From contig CAXXJV010000001.1 in assembly GCA_963663475.2 (NCBI GenBank), positions 1,856,001-1,920,000 of the forward strand: 64,000 nt of DNA, in the 5' to 3' direction. This document shows, one piece after another, positions 19,844-29,347 of this stretch. Made by a program: the position numbers and the translations under genes. The notes below the pieces were generated by a model, which was given only the letters and a program-made list of their open reading frames with translations, made no database searches and was not told the DNA's origin. The number at the start of each line of letters is the position of its first letter. The stretch's first letter is position 1. The stretch comes from Candidatus Cloacimonadales bacterium. GTDB lineage: Bacteria > Cloacimonadota > Cloacimonadia > Cloacimonadales > JAFGVF01.

Positions 19844-20347
19844 ATGCATAAGACAAAGACTGTTCAAGAGCCTTTGAGAAACTTTGCAAAGGTGAAGGAA
19901 ATAATTGAAAAATATGGTACAGAAAGATCTGCTTTAATACCAGTATTACAAGCAATCCAAGGTGAATTTAGATATTTACCACAAGAGATGTTATCATTTG
20001 TAGCAACTGCTATGAAAATTCCACAAGCGGAAGTTTTTGGAGTTGCAACTTTTTATGCTCAATTCTCAACTCAACCAAAAGGTAAACATATTGTTCAGGT
20101 ATGTGATGGAACTGCTTGTCACGTGAGAGGGGCAGGCGATATTATTAAAAAATTCAAGAAAGATCTTCAGATTCCTGAAGGAAAAAACACAACAGATGAC
20201 TTATACGTTACTTTAGAAACAGTATCTTGCTTAGGTGCCTGTGCTTTAGCACCAGCAGTTGTTGTTGATGGAAAAGTCTATGGTAATGTAAATTTTGAAG
20301 ATGTAGCAAGAATTATTGTTACTATGAAGGAGAGCGACGATGAGTAA
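19844..20347 (+). CDS. hydC: [FeFe]-hydrogenase gamma subunit (NuoE-like)
   Basis: CDGTAC...CLGAC [2Fe-2S] ligands; GGAGGA RBS before ATG 19844. Confidence 0.9.
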   Translation: MHKTKTVQEPLRNFAKVKEIIEKYGTERSALIPVLQAIQGEFRYLPQEMLSFVATAMKIPQAEVFGVATFYAQFSTQPKGKHIVQVCDGTACHVRGAGDIIKKFKKDLQIPEGKNTTDDLYVTLETVSCLGACALAPAVVVDGKVYGNVNFEDVARIIVTMKESDDE

Positions 20348-22265
20348 AATATTTGAAGAATTAACACGTGAAGCGGTAAACACACCGAAAATTCCTTGTC
20401 GTGAATTTATTAATGCTAAACTAGGCTTAGTAGAATTAGAAGGTGAAAAGGTAAAATTAGCTGAAGAATTATCAACAGTATATCGTAGAGAATCAGGTAT
20501 CTTCGATTGCCAAATAGCTTTATGTAAAGGTACTGGTTGTCATTCTTCAGGTGAAATAGCTCTCTGGGAAAAAATTGACCAAGTATTAAAAGAAAAAGGA
20601 ATCAGAGATAAAGTAAATATAGTTGAAACAGGTTGCCGTGGTTTCTGTGAAATGGGACCTCTTGTAGAGATTTTCCCACAACACATATTCTATTGTAAAG
20701 TAAAACCTGAGCATATTGAAGATATCATTACAAAAACAGTTATGAATAATGAAGTAATTGAAGATTTACTTTTCGATAAAATTCCAATTGCAGAAGAAAT
20801 TCCTTTCTACAAAAAACAAGTTAGACGTGTATTAAAAGAGTCAGGACATATCAATCCTGAAAACATAAATGATTCAATTGTTCATGAAGCTTATCAAGGT
20901 TTCTTAAAAGCTACAAAAATGACTCCTGAAGAAGTTATCGAAACTATGAAAGATTCTGGCCTTAGAGGTCGTGGTGGTGGTGGATTCTCAACAGGTTTAA
21001 AGTGGGAATTTACTAGAGCTACTCCATCTGCTAAAAAGTATATTATCTGTAATGCAGACGAAGGTGACCCAGGTGCCTTTATGGATAGATCTTTACTTGA
21101 AGGCGACCCTCATAAGATTATTGAAGGTATGATGATTGCTGGATACGCTATTGGTGCTGATGAAGGTTATATCTATGTAAGAGCAGAGTATCCTTTAGCA
21201 ATTCACAGACTAGAGATTGCTATTGCCCAATGTAAAGAATTCGGTATTCTTGGAGAAAATGTACTAGGAACTGGCTTTAACTTTAATGTTAAAATCAAAC
21301 AAGGTGCTGGTGCTTTTGTTTGTGGTGAAGAAACAGCTCTTATCTCTTCTATTGAAGGTAAGAGAGGTATGCCAACAGTTAAACCTCCATTCCCATCTAC
21401 AAGTGGTCTCTTTGGTAAACCAACTTCTATTAACAATGTTGAAACTTTCGCTAATGTTCCACTTATCCTCAATAATGGTGTGGAATGGTTTAGAAGTGTT
21501 GGAACTCCAAAATCTGCTGGTACTAAAGTATTTGCTATGACTGGTAAAATCAGAAACACAGGTCTGGTAGAAGTTCCTATGGGAATTACTCTTAGAGAGA
21601 TAGTTTTTGAAATTGGTGGTGGCCTAAAAGATGGAGCAAAGTTTAAAGCTGCTCAAATTGGTGGTCCTTCAGGTGGTTGTTTAACAGAAGAACATTTAGA
21701 TATGCCACTTGATTATGATTCATTACAAGCTGCAGGAGCTATGGTTGGTTCTGGTGGACTTGTGATCTTAGATGACAAAACATGTATGGTAGAGACTGCT
21801 AGATATTTCATGAGTTTTACTCAAAATGAGTCTTGTGGTAAATGTATTCCATGTCGTGAAGGAACAGGCAGAATGCTTGAAATCATGGAAAGAATTGTGA
21901 TTGGTAAAGGAAAGATTGAAGATATTTCCTTACTTGAAGAGTTAGCATATACAATCAAAGATGCAAGTCTTTGTGGTTTAGGTAAAACAGCACCTAATCC
22001 TGTGCTTTCAACATTAAAGTATTTCCATGAAGAATATCTAGCTCATATTAATGACCAACGTTGTCCTGCTGGTGAATGTGCTTCATTAAGAGTATTTGAG
22101 ATTGTTCCAGAACTATGTAAAGGTTGTTCAAAGTGTGCAAGAATCTGTCCTAATGATGCTATCAGCGGTGAGATTAAGAAACCTTATGTAATCGATCAAG
22201 AAAAATGTATCAAGTGTGGTGCTTGTGAATCAGCATGCCCATTCAATGCTATTAAAGTTGGATAG
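20340..22265 (+). CDS. hydB: [FeFe]-hydrogenase beta (diaphorase, NuoF-like) subunit
   Basis: GRGGGGF, NADEGDPGAFMDR, CGEET, SCGKCIPCREG, two C-terminal 4Fe-4S motifs. Confidence 0.93.
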   Translation: MSKIFEELTREAVNTPKIPCREFINAKLGLVELEGEKVKLAEELSTVYRRESGIFDCQIALCKGTGCHSSGEIALWEKIDQVLKEKGIRDKVNIVETGCRGFCEMGPLVEIFPQHIFYCKVKPEHIEDIITKTVMNNEVIEDLLFDKIPIAEEIPFYKKQVRRVLKESGHINPENINDSIVHEAYQGFLKATKMTPEEVIETMKDSGLRGRGGGGFSTGLKWEFTRATPSAKKYIICNADEGDPGAFMDRSLLEGDPHKIIEGMMIAGYAIGADEGYIYVRAEYPLAIHRLEIAIAQCKEFGILGENVLGTGFNFNVKIKQGAGAFVCGEETALISSIEGKRGMPTVKPPFPSTSGLFGKPTSINNVETFANVPLILNNGVEWFRSVGTPKSAGTKVFAMTGKIRNTGLVEVPMGITLREIVFEIGGGLKDGAKFKAAQIGGPSGGCLTEEHLDMPLDYDSLQAAGAMVGSGGLVILDDKTCMVETARYFMSFTQNESCGKCIPCREGTGRMLEIMERIVIGKGKIEDISLLEELAYTIKDASLCGLGKTAPNPVLSTLKYFHEEYLAHINDQRCPAGECASLRVFEIVPELCKGCSKCARICPNDAISGEIKKPYVIDQEKCIKCGACESACPFNAIKVG

Positions 22266-22275
22266 GAGAGAAAAA

Positions 22276-24294
22276 ATGACTCATCAATATATGGAAGTAA
22301 ATAACAAAAAAGTTGAAATTACCGGAAACGAGAAAAATATATTAGAAGTAGTACGCAATATGGGTATTGAAATACCAACCTTCTGTTATCACTCTGAACT
22401 TTCAGTTTATGGTGCTTGTAGAATGTGTATGGTAGAAGATGAAAGAGGAAACTTAGTTGCTTCTTGTTCATTAAAACCACAAGCTGGAATGAAAATTAAG
22501 ACTCATACTAAGAAGATTATGGAAACAAGAAGAATGATTCTAGAATTATTACTTGCTAACCATCATCAAGATTGTACTACATGTGAAAAGAGTGGAAATT
22601 GTAAGCTTCAAGAACTTGCAGTCAACATGGGTGTAAAAAAGGTTAGATTTAAACCTCGTAAACCATGGCAAGATATTGATACTTCTTCAGCAAGTATAGT
22701 ACGTGATCCTAACAAATGTATTCTTTGTGGCGATTGTGTAAGAATGTGCTCAGAAGTTCAAGGTGTTGGTGTCTTAGGCTTTATCAATAGAGGTCCAGAT
22801 ATTAATGTTGTTCCTGCCTTTGATAAACCAATTGCAGATGTTGATTGTGTAAATTGTGGACAGTGTGTAAGTATTTGTCCTACTGGAGCCTTAACAATAA
22901 AAGATGACACATTAAAAGTTTGGGAAGCATTAAGTGATCCTAAGAAGAAAGTAGTAGTCCAGATTGCTCCTGCTGTTAGAGTAGCCATAGGGGAAGAGTT
23001 CAATCATACAGAAGGAACTAACTACTTATATAAGAGTGTTGCAGCCCTTAAAATGATGGGTGCAGACTATGTTTTTGATACTTCATTCTCTGCAGATTTA
23101 ACAGTAGTAGAAGAAGCATCTGAATTTCTTGATAGAGTAACTAAGGGAGAAAAACTTCCTCAGTTTACCTCATGTTGTCCTGGTTGGGTGACTTACGCTG
23201 AGAAAAATTGTCCAGATCTATTAAATAACTTATCATCGTGTAAGTCACCACAACAGATGTTCGGTGCTGTATTCAAAAAATTCTTTGCTAAGAAGATGAA
23301 TATTCCAACTGAAGATATGTATGTAGTATCAGTAATGCCATGTACTGCTAAGAAGTTTGAAGCTGATAGACCAGAAATGTCAACAGATACTTACCAAGAC
23401 GTAGATGCTGTAATTACAACAGTAGAGTTAGCAAGAATGATTAGAAAAATGGGTATCAAATTTGAAGAATTAGAGCCTGCATCATTAGATATGCCATTTG
23501 GTTTCTCTTCAGGTGCTGGTGTAATCTTTGGAACTTCAGGTGGTGTTGCTGAAGCTGCTCTTAGATATGCTACTGAGAAACTTTCAGGTGAAGTTCTTAA
23601 TGAAGTAAACTTCAAAGAAGTGAGAGGATTGGAAGGTCTAAAAGAAGCTAGCTTTAATATTCATGGAAAAGAAATTAAACTTGCTGTAGTTTCAGGCTTA
23701 GCTAACACACAAAGCTTAATTGAAAAAGTTAGAAATAAAGAAGTTGATTATGACTTCATCGAAGTAATGGCTTGCCCAGGTGGCTGTATTGGAGGTGGAG
23801 GACAACCAGTTCCTAACTCTTCAGAAACCAGAGGTAAAAGATCTAAAGGACTTTATGATATCGATGCAAAATCAACTGTTAAAAAGTCTCAAAATAATCC
23901 AACTATCGAAAAATTATACGATGAGTGGTTGAAAAGCCCTAATAGTGACGAAGCTCACTATGCTCTTCATACTCATTATGGCCACAAAAAAAGAATTGGT
24001 GGCATGGAAATAAAGGATGAAGAAAAGGAAAATTCAACTGAGAAAATGGTAATATCAGTATGTGTTGGCACTAATTGTTACTTGAAAGGCTCTTATGATG
24101 TCTTACAAGAACTAATCGGATTAGCAAGACAGCATGGTGTTGAAGATAAGGTTGAGTTTAAAGGAACCTTCTGTTTAGAAAACTGTAGTAACGGTCCTTC
24201 TATAAAAGTCTCTGATGACCTTCATAAATATGGAATTCAGAAAGAAGAGACTCAGAAGTTCTTCAATAATGTAGTACTTCCGCGTGTTAAATAG
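22276..24294 (+). CDS. hydA: [FeFe]-hydrogenase catalytic subunit (group A3) with C-terminal thioredoxin-like [2Fe-2S] domain
   Basis: H-cluster motifs TSCCPGW, MPCTAKKFE, EVMACPGGCIGGGGQP; N-terminal FeS domains; C-terminal CVGTNC...FCLENC; start reassigned to ATG 22276 after GGAG. Confidence 0.95.
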   Translation: MTHQYMEVNNKKVEITGNEKNILEVVRNMGIEIPTFCYHSELSVYGACRMCMVEDERGNLVASCSLKPQAGMKIKTHTKKIMETRRMILELLLANHHQDCTTCEKSGNCKLQELAVNMGVKKVRFKPRKPWQDIDTSSASIVRDPNKCILCGDCVRMCSEVQGVGVLGFINRGPDINVVPAFDKPIADVDCVNCGQCVSICPTGALTIKDDTLKVWEALSDPKKKVVVQIAPAVRVAIGEEFNHTEGTNYLYKSVAALKMMGADYVFDTSFSADLTVVEEASEFLDRVTKGEKLPQFTSCCPGWVTYAEKNCPDLLNNLSSCKSPQQMFGAVFKKFFAKKMNIPTEDMYVVSVMPCTAKKFEADRPEMSTDTYQDVDAVITTVELARMIRKMGIKFEELEPASLDMPFGFSSGAGVIFGTSGGVAEAALRYATEKLSGEVLNEVNFKEVRGLEGLKEASFNIHGKEIKLAVVSGLANTQSLIEKVRNKEVDYDFIEVMACPGGCIGGGGQPVPNSSETRGKRSKGLYDIDAKSTVKKSQNNPTIEKLYDEWLKSPNSDEAHYALHTHYGHKKRIGGMEIKDEEKENSTEKMVISVCVGTNCYLKGSYDVLQELIGLARQHGVEDKVEFKGTFCLENCSNGPSIKVSDDLHKYGIQKEETQKFFNNVVLPRVK

Positions 24295-24325
24295 AGAATT
24301 GTCTCCCCAATTCCATTTAGTTAAC

Positions 24326-24353
24326 AGGGCTCCCGCAAGGGAGCTCTTTTTTT
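24326..24353 (+). terminator. Rho-independent terminator of the hydrogenase operon
   Basis: agggctccc-gcaa-gggagctct followed by a T-run. Confidence 0.88.
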
Positions 24354-24356
24354 ACC

Positions 24357-24500
24357 CTTACGACGGGAGTTCCTGAGCTTAGGCTAGGACTTCCGACAAC
24401 TTACTCTTACGACGGGAGTTCCTCAGCTTAGGCTAGGGACTTCCGAAAACTTAACTTTCTTCGTCCGAAGTCCCTTGCCAAGGGCTGAGGAACTCCGGTC
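24357..24500. repeat. Cluster of three REP-like hairpins (two direct, one inverted), family C
   Basis: cttacgacgggagttcct(g/c)agcttaggctag(g)gacttccga at 24357 and 24406; inverted diverged copy at 24462-24500. Confidence 0.85.
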
Positions 24501-24635
24501 TCCAACTTCCGATAGATACTAGTTGGCTTAATACATCAATAGGATCAGTTATATGTTCTAACTTAAAAATTAAAAATCATTGACATGATAAAATACCTAT
24601 TTCTAATGACATAAAAACAAAGTTTAGGAGAATAA

Positions 24636-26069
24636 ATGTCAAATAAAGTAAGAGTTAGGTTAGCTCCAAGTCCAACAGGTTATCTACATTTAGGTACTTT
24701 AAGAGTAGCTTTATATAATTATGCATTCGCCAAAAAAAATAATGGCTCATTCATATTAAGAATAGAAGATACAGACCAGAACCGTTTAGTACATGATGCT
24801 GTTGAGAACATAATTTCAACCCTTAATACTATCGGGGTTGATTTTGATGAAGGCCCAAACAAGGGTGGAGACTATGGTCCTTATGTTCAATCAGAGAGAT
24901 TAGATATTTATCATAAATATATTAATGAGTTAGTCGAAAAAGGTTTAGCATACCACTGTTTTTGTGATAAAGAAACATTAGATGATATGAGAGCCAAGCA
25001 AATTGCCAAGAAAGAAGACCCTAAGTATGATAGACGTTGCTTAAAATTATCTAAAGATGAAGTTCAAGCAAGAATCGCAGCAGGAGATTCTTATGTAATC
25101 CGCTTAAGAATGCCTGATGATAGAGTTTTTGCTTTTGATGATGCCATAAGAGGGTTGGTAGAAATTAGTTCTAATCAAGTTGATGATCAAGTTATATTAA
25201 AGTCAGATGGCTTTCCTACCTACCATTTAGCAGCCTGTGTTGATGACCATCTCATGGAAATAACTCATGTATTTAGAGGTGAAGAGTGGATTTCAAGTAC
25301 ACCAAAACACCTCTGGTTGTATGAATCATTAGGTTGGCAAGCACCAAAGTTTGTGCATTTACCTCTGATTATGAACACAGATCATTCCAAGTTAAGCAAA
25401 CGTAAAAATGATGTATCTGTGGAAAATTATCTACAAAAAGGCTATCCTGTAGCAGCTATCATCAATTATATTTCTTTGATAGGTTGGCATACTTCAGATG
25501 ACAGAGAATTCTTTTCCTTAGATGATTTATGTAAAGAATTCAGTTTAGAAAGAGTTAATAAGGCAAATGGGGTCTTTGATATTGTTAAGTTAAACTGGAT
25601 GGCAGGCATGTATATTCGTGACATGTCTAATGAAGATCTTGCTGATAAGTGCAGACCTTTCTTAGAAGAAGCTGGTTATGATGTAAGTGACCAAAGAAAA
25701 CTATTGGCACTAATGGATAATGCTAAAGACAGAATCTATTGTTATTCACAAGTAATTGAGCATTCAAAGATGTTTTATGAAGATTTAACCTTCTCAGATG
25801 AGGATAAAGAGATTTTAGCAGAAGAAGATTCACAGAGAGTTTTAAAGTATTTTGTAGAAAATGCTGATAATATCCCTTGGAATGATAATGAAGAATTGGG
25901 CAAATTCATTAAAGCTGGCTCAAAAGAATTAGGAATCAAAGGTAAGAAATATTTCTTCCCTCTTAGAATATCCCTTTTTGGCTCAAGTCATGGTCCTGAT
26001 ATACCTAAATTATTCAGTATTTTAGGAAAAAATGAAACAATTAAAAGAATGGAAACAGTATTGCAATAG
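24636..26069 (+). CDS. gltX: Glutamate--tRNA ligase
   Basis: APSPTGYLHLG (HIGH), RIEDTD, KLSKR motifs. Confidence 0.97.
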   Translation: MSNKVRVRLAPSPTGYLHLGTLRVALYNYAFAKKNNGSFILRIEDTDQNRLVHDAVENIISTLNTIGVDFDEGPNKGGDYGPYVQSERLDIYHKYINELVEKGLAYHCFCDKETLDDMRAKQIAKKEDPKYDRRCLKLSKDEVQARIAAGDSYVIRLRMPDDRVFAFDDAIRGLVEISSNQVDDQVILKSDGFPTYHLAACVDDHLMEITHVFRGEEWISSTPKHLWLYESLGWQAPKFVHLPLIMNTDHSKLSKRKNDVSVENYLQKGYPVAAIINYISLIGWHTSDDREFFSLDDLCKEFSLERVNKANGVFDIVKLNWMAGMYIRDMSNEDLADKCRPFLEEAGYDVSDQRKLLALMDNAKDRIYCYSQVIEHSKMFYEDLTFSDEDKEILAEEDSQRVLKYFVENADNIPWNDNEELGKFIKAGSKELGIKGKKYFFPLRISLFGSSHGPDIPKLFSILGKNETIKRMETVLQ

Positions 26070-26102
26070 AGATATAATAAAATATTAAATAGGAGATCAT
26101 AA

Positions 26103-26708
26103 ATGAATTATGTCAAAAAACTTGAGGGCGAAAAAGTAATTTTTGCACCAGTCGAGAAGTCTGAAGCTCGTAAATATATGGCTTGGTATAATGATTTTGA
26201 AATTGGCTTCTTCTTAGGTACTCAAGAAAAACTTATAACAGAAGATGATGAAATTGAAGCCATTGAGAGGCTAAGCAAAGCTGGCTATCTATTTGTAGTA
26301 TTAGATAAAGAAACTAAGACTCCAATAGGCAATTGTGGGATTCACCAGATTGATTGGGTTAACAGGACTGCTGAAATCGGAGTTAATATAGGCAATAAAT
26401 CTTATTGGAATAAAGGCTTTGGTACAGAAACAACTGTCCTTCTTCTAGCATTTGCCTTCCATATTTTGAATCTAAATAATGTTATGTTAAGAGTTCTAGA
26501 GTGTAATCCAAGAGCTATTCATATTTATGAGAAACTTGGTTTCACTCAAATCGGAAGAAGAAGACAAGTGGTTACTGTTGCTAATGAAAACTTTGATATG
26601 CTCTATTACGATATGTTATCTTCAGATTTTGATTCTGATATTATCAGAGATTTAATAAATAAATACAAAAGTGCAGATAAAAATCTTAATAAAATTTCTT
26701 TAATGTAA
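26103..26708 (+). CDS. GNAT family N-acetyltransferase (RimJ/RimL-like)
   Basis: YWNKGFGTE acetyl-CoA motif, NPRAIHIYEKLGF. Confidence 0.88.
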   Translation: MNYVKKLEGEKVIFAPVEKSEARKYMAWYNDFEIGFFLGTQEKLITEDDEIEAIERLSKAGYLFVVLDKETKTPIGNCGIHQIDWVNRTAEIGVNIGNKSYWNKGFGTETTVLLLAFAFHILNLNNVMLRVLECNPRAIHIYEKLGFTQIGRRRQVVTVANENFDMLYYDMLSSDFDSDIIRDLINKYKSADKNLNKISLM

Positions 26709-26717
26709 GAGGTAAGT

Positions 26718-27827
26718 TTGATAAATAAAATCAAAGGTCAAGACAAACTTGTAGCATCTTTGATTCGTGCAATAGAAAGTGATAAAGTAGGGCAGAGTTA
26801 TTTGTTTTACGGACCTTCAGGTGTCGGGAAACTAACTACTGCCTTCTATTTTGTTATGGCTATAAATTGTACAAATCGAGAGCAAGGAACTCCTTGTGGT
26901 AAATGCAATTCATGTAAAAAATTCATCAATCTCTCTCATCCAGATTTAATCTACCTCTTTCCAACTCCTAATTTGAAAATGACAGAAGATGGAGAGATAA
27001 AAGATACTAAATATGAAAAAGAATATGAAGCCTATCTACAAAGAAAGATTGATAGCCCTTGGAATGATTATGTTTTCTCAGCTTCATCTGAGATTAGAAT
27101 AGGGGCTATTAGATGGGTGCAAAATAGACTTAGCTTATCAAAAAATGAAGCAAAAAAGAGAATTTGCATTATTGAAGATGCTGATAGAATGAATGTTAAT
27201 ACTGCTAATGCTTTTCTAAAAACTCTAGAAGAACCTCCACCTGATACTGTTATCATCCTAACTAGCTCAAAGCAAAATTCCCTCCTGCCAACTATTCTAT
27301 CACGTTGCCAAAGAGTAGCCTTTAATAATTTATCTAACTCTACTGTGGAAAGAATCTTACGAGAGGACTTTGATTTAGACATTGTAAAAGCAAAAACATA
27401 TGCTAAGATTTCTTATGGGAATGCTGAAAAAGCTATTCAACTAATTTCTGAAGATAGTGATAGTGGAAGACATATTGCTCACAAACTAGTAGAGTTTGCT
27501 CTTAATAATCAAGATCTGGAATTCTTACAGTATCTAGATCAAATTAAAGAGGTAAAACAAAAAAAACAACTGCAAAGTATATATGCTAATATTGTCTTGT
27601 TCTTAATGGATATTATCTACCAAAGAGAAAATCCAGACCTAGTAGTAAATGTAGATTCTCTAAGTTTATTGAGTAGAATAGAAGACTCTAAAATGATCAC
27701 TTCTTTAGAGATTTATAATTTTATTGAAGAGGCAAATGAAGTACAAAGAATGATAGAATTAAACGTATATAACACCCTTATAGTGACTTTTTTATATAAT
27801 CAGTTAAAAAAAATATTAAAAAAATGA
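26718..27827 (+). CDS. holB: DNA polymerase III subunit delta'
   Basis: GPSGVGK, PCGKCNSC, HPD, ANAFLKTLEEPP, TILSRCQ. Confidence 0.92.
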   Translation: MINKIKGQDKLVASLIRAIESDKVGQSYLFYGPSGVGKLTTAFYFVMAINCTNREQGTPCGKCNSCKKFINLSHPDLIYLFPTPNLKMTEDGEIKDTKYEKEYEAYLQRKIDSPWNDYVFSASSEIRIGAIRWVQNRLSLSKNEAKKRICIIEDADRMNVNTANAFLKTLEEPPPDTVIILTSSKQNSLLPTILSRCQRVAFNNLSNSTVERILREDFDLDIVKAKTYAKISYGNAEKAIQLISEDSDSGRHIAHKLVEFALNNQDLEFLQYLDQIKEVKQKKQLQSIYANIVLFLMDIIYQRENPDLVVNVDSLSLLSRIEDSKMITSLEIYNFIEEANEVQRMIELNVYNTLIVTFLYNQLKKILKK

Positions 27828-27967
27828 AAATAAATTACTAAAATATCCTTAATTGTGAATAATTGTTAAATTACTGAAAAACAGTAACTTACAGATTTGC
27901 GTGAAAAAATATTTTTAACAAATAATCTTCTTAACTGATTATTTATCAGAAAAATAGAAAAAAAAAT

Positions 27968-27996
27968 TTGACAAGATTTAACAAAGTAGCTAGTTT
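27968..27996 (+). promoter_or_regulatory. Sigma70-type promoter of the HU gene
   Basis: TTGACA-17 nt-TAGTTT, followed by AGGAGG RBS. Confidence 0.6.
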
Positions 27997-28033
27997 TGTT
28001 ATTGTATTCGTAAAATAACTCTTAGGAGGAAAA

Positions 28034-28305
28034 ATGACAAGAGACGAATTGATCACAAAAATCGCACAAGATGCTGAAGTTAGCAAAAAGCAAGCTGCTG
28101 AAATTGTTAATGCTTTTTTAGACAACATTCAAAAAGCACTAGCTGAAGGTAAGAAAGTTTCTTTCGTAGGATTCGGAAGTTTTGAAGTAAAACAAAGAAA
28201 CGAAAGAAAAGGTATTAATCCACAAATAAGAAAGAAATTACAATACCTGCACGTAAGGTTCCTGTATTTAAAGCTGGAAAGAAATTAAAAGATGCAGTAA
28301 AGTAA
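28034..28305 (+). CDS. hup: DNA-binding protein HU, with 1-nt frameshift near 28225 (error or pseudogene)
   Basis: GFGSFEVKQRNERKGINPQ, then KKEITIPARKVPVFKAGKKLKDAVK* in another frame. Confidence 0.9.
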
Positions 28306-28329
28306 TTTAATATCTTTAACAAATTTGCA

Positions 28330-28358
28330 AGAGAGTATATGCTTTATACTCTCTTTTT
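28330..28358 (+). terminator. Rho-independent terminator after HU
   Basis: agagagtata-tgctt-tatactctct followed by tttt. Confidence 0.75.
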
Positions 28359-28380
28359 CTATATCCATTTATAGTTTTTA

Positions 28381-28409
28381 TTGACATCTTTTATCGGTTA
28401 TATTAATAT
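28381..28409 (+). promoter_or_regulatory. Sigma70-type promoter
   Basis: TTGACA-17 nt-TAATAT upstream of 28437. Confidence 0.6.
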
Positions 28410-28436
28410 GTTTATAAATAAAATCATGGATGTATT

Positions 28437-29345
28437 ATGTTGAAAATAAATAAGTATTTGCTTTTGATAGTCTTGTTTACTGGTTGCTGTATTAGTTTGA
28501 GTGCTAACAACTCTCATCTAATTTTGAAAGTGGAAAATATGATTACTACTGATGATACTTTCTATATCACAAACTTTATAGAATCAAATACAGACTACAG
28601 GAATCTTGGACCTTTCTATGAGGAACTATTAGATTCTCTAGTTGTGCATAAGCAAGATCTAGATTTTTTTGTGATCTTTGCTAGAGCTGGAGCTAATTCT
28701 CTCCTAACAAAAGCTGAAGAGCTTCAATATAGCAATAGAGCTATGTCTGATAGATTAAAAAGAAGCACAATAAAGATACTAAATCAAGCTATTAATCAAG
28801 TCTATGCGAGATGGGTAGAAAATAAAAATCAAGAAAACTACTTGATGAGAAACGCCCTAGATATGATGAAACTTACTTATAGAATTAATACTCAATTACA
28901 AAATGATTTAGTAGATCATTATAATAGCTATCTTAAATATGGGGAAATCTACCTAGCACTTAATGAATTCAGTGCAGCTTTAGAATATTTCAAAGGAGCT
29001 AAAGATATTTCATCTCAGCTAGAAACACAAGAGTACGCTGATATAGCTGATGTATATATTAAATTAGCTGAAAGTAATAGTAGCTTACTTAATGATGGAA
29101 CAATCTTTGATTATGCAAACTTCATTCTCCATTACCAAGAATACTTAGAAAGATTTAATAGTTATCAAGACTATGTAAAAGTTAAAGCAAATCCTCAATT
29201 AGTTAAGGATGAGGACATGGTGGAGAAGATGGATGCTTTGAATGTAAGCTTAAGAGAATCACAAGACTGGTTAAAGAGACTCACCAGAATAAATAATAGG
29301 ATTTTTGGAGAATATAATTTCATACAATTGAGTTCTAGGAAGTAA
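28437..29345 (+). CDS. Secreted helical (TPR-like) hypothetical protein
   Basis: Signal peptide; YGEIYLALNEFSAALEYFKGA is TPR-like. Confidence 0.6.
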   Translation: MLKINKYLLLIVLFTGCCISLSANNSHLILKVENMITTDDTFYITNFIESNTDYRNLGPFYEELLDSLVVHKQDLDFFVIFARAGANSLLTKAEELQYSNRAMSDRLKRSTIKILNQAINQVYARWVENKNQENYLMRNALDMMKLTYRINTQLQNDLVDHYNSYLKYGEIYLALNEFSAALEYFKGAKDISSQLETQEYADIADVYIKLAESNSSLLNDGTIFDYANFILHYQEYLERFNSYQDYVKVKANPQLVKDEDMVEKMDALNVSLRESQDWLKRLTRINNRIFGEYNFIQLSSRK

Positions 29346-29347
29346 TA

